Source: Clostridia bacterium (GTDB taxonomy: Bacteria > Bacillota > Clostridia > Christensenellales > CAG-138). From it: a DNA stretch of 46,498 nucleotides. Below the pieces are notes generated by a model that ran no database searches, had not been told where the DNA came from, and saw only the letters and a program-made list of their open reading frames with translations. The position numbers and the translations under genes were made by a program. This document shows positions 45,237-46,498 of the stretch, in pieces. The DNA is taken from contig JAZNUG010000109.1 in NCBI GenBank assembly GCA_045592165.1, positions 1 through 46,498 of the forward strand. Direction: 5' to 3'. How positions within the stretch are numbered: position 1 is the first letter of the stretch; the number at the start of each line of letters is the position of its first letter.

Positions 45237-46498
45237 ATGGAACCCACCACCAGACGCAACCCTAGAATCGTCCTTATTATGGCGATTCTGGCTGTAGCCC
45301 TTCTCGTAGTTGCAGCCCTGACCACTGCCCCCAGTGCAGATCCCGAGACCTCCCGTTTCTACAATACCATCTGGTCTCTGCTGCCCCCCATTATCGCCAT
45401 CACCCTTGCTCTGGTAACCAAGGAGGTTTATTCCTCCCTGTTTATCGGCATCGTATCCGGCGCTCTGCTCTACTCCGACTTCTCCTTTGAAGGCACCCTT
45501 ACCCATGCTTTCAATGACGGCGTAGTATCCGTACTTTCCGACAGCTACAACGTTGGCATACTGGTATTCCTGGTAATCCTCGGCGTAATGGTAGCCCTTA
45601 TGAACCGCGCAGGCGGCAGCGCCGCTTTCGGCCGCTGGGCACAGGCCAACATTAAGAGCCGCGTAGGCGCTCAGCTGGCCACCATCGCCCTCGGTGTATT
45701 CATCTTCATCGATGACTACTTTAACTGCCTTACCGTCGGCTCCGTTATGCGTCCCCTCACCGACAAGCACAACGTTTCCCGCGCCAAGCTGTCCTACCTT
45801 ATCGACGCTACCGCTGCTCCTATCTGCATCATAGCTCCCATTTCTTCCTGGGCTGCTGCAGTTTCTTCCTATGTTGAGGAAGGTTCCGGCCTCACCCTCT
45901 TCATCAACGCCATTCCTTATAACTTCTACGCCATCCTCACCATCGTAATGATGGTTGGCCTGGTAATCATGAAGGCTGACTTTGGCCCCATGGGCAAGTA
46001 CGAGAGGAACGCTATTGATAACGGCGATCTGTTCTCCGGCAGCAACCCCTACGCTAATGCTTCCGAAGATGAATTCAATCCCAAGGGCCGTGTTATCGAT
46101 CTGGTTCTCCCCGTTGTATTCCTCATCATCTGCTGCATCGTCGGCATGCTCTACTCCGGCGGTTTCTTCACCGTTGACAGTGGCTGCTACATGGACTTCG
46201 TTACCGCTTTCTCCTGGTGCGATGCTTCCATAGGCCTGATGCTGGGCTCCGCCTTTGCTCTGGTATTCACCCTCATTTACTACCTCTGCCGCAAGCTGAT
46301 GAGCTTCGACGAGCTGATGGGCTGCGTACCCGAAGGCTTCAAGGCAATGGTTCCCGCCATCCTGATTCTCTCCTTCGCATGGGCTCTCAAGGCCATGACC
46401 GACTCTCTCGGTGCCGGCGATTATGTTGCTGCTCTCGTTAACAGCTCCGCCGCAGGCTTCAAGTCCTTCCTGCCCGCCATCGTATTCGTTATCGGCTG
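45237..46498 (+). CDS. Na+/H+ antiporter NhaC family transporter, 5' partial; runs off the right edge
   Basis: Absent from the ORF track because there is no stop in the window. Manual translation gives MEPTTRRNPRIVLIMAILAVA...TIWSLLPPIIAITLALVTKEVYSSLFIGI...GVFIFIDDYFNCLTVGSVMRPLTDKHNVSRAKLSYLIDATAAPICIIAPISSW..., a typical NhaC-family sequence. The frame stays open to 46498. Confidence 0.9.
   Translation, partial: MEPTTRRNPRIVLIMAILAVALLVVAALTTAPSADPETSRFYNTIWSLLPPIIAITLALVTKEVYSSLFIGIVSGALLYSDFSFEGTLTHAFNDGVVSVLSDSYNVGILVFLVILGVMVALMNRAGGSAAFGRWAQANIKSRVGAQLATIALGVFIFIDDYFNCLTVGSVMRPLTDKHNVSRAKLSYLIDATAAPICIIAPISSWAAAVSSYVEEGSGLTLFINAIPYNFYAILTIVMMVGLVIMKADFGPMGKYERNAIDNGDLFSGSNPYANASEDEFNPKGRVIDLVLPVVFLIICCIVGMLYSGGFFTVDSGCYMDFVTAFSWCDASIGLMLGSAFALVFTLIYYLCRKLMSFDELMGCVPEGFKAMVPAILILSFAWALKAMTDSLGAGDYVAALVNSSAAGFKSFLPAIVFVIG

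Overview
The window looks like a core chromosomal segment of a spore-forming Firmicute, probably a Clostridia/Oscillospirales-type organism. That guess rests on gene content: remA, yaaL-bofA, T-box and S-box leaders, and GGAGG ribosome-binding sites. About 45 intact genes are densely packed, mostly on the minus strand. They include the conserved yicC-remA-gmk-rpoZ-coaBC-priA block, pcrA-ligA, a T-box-controlled pheST operon, glmU-like, thyA-folA, metK, zapA-U32-mutS2, a response regulator/histidine kinase/HtrA module, an EF-G paralogue and one tRNA-Asn. I can read four riboswitch-class leaders directly from the sequence. These are a Phe T-box (pheST), a THF riboswitch (folT-type ECF S component), a SAM-I riboswitch (metK) and a lysine riboswitch in front of an NhaC-family transporter that runs off the right edge. 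I see no transposase, integrase, phage genes, CRISPR array, long repeats or recognisable defence genes, and no non-coding gap is left unexplained. The only multi-gene stretch without an assignable function is the central block at about 19.9-26.2 kb. It holds a TolB-like beta-propeller lipoprotein divergent from a zinc-ribbon/TM/SH3b protein, a 90-aa orphan, a DUF378 gene behind an RBS-sequestering hairpin, an S41 protease and a stand-alone mini P-loop-like orphan. That block, plus an EF-G paralogue lacking the catalytic histidine, are my best candidates for undescribed biology. The evidence for a coherent novel system is weak, and I say so in each finding. Several ORF-track starts were moved to downstream start codons with proper Shine-Dalgarno spacing. 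Two edge-truncated genes missing from the track (priA, nhaC-like) were added by manual translation.
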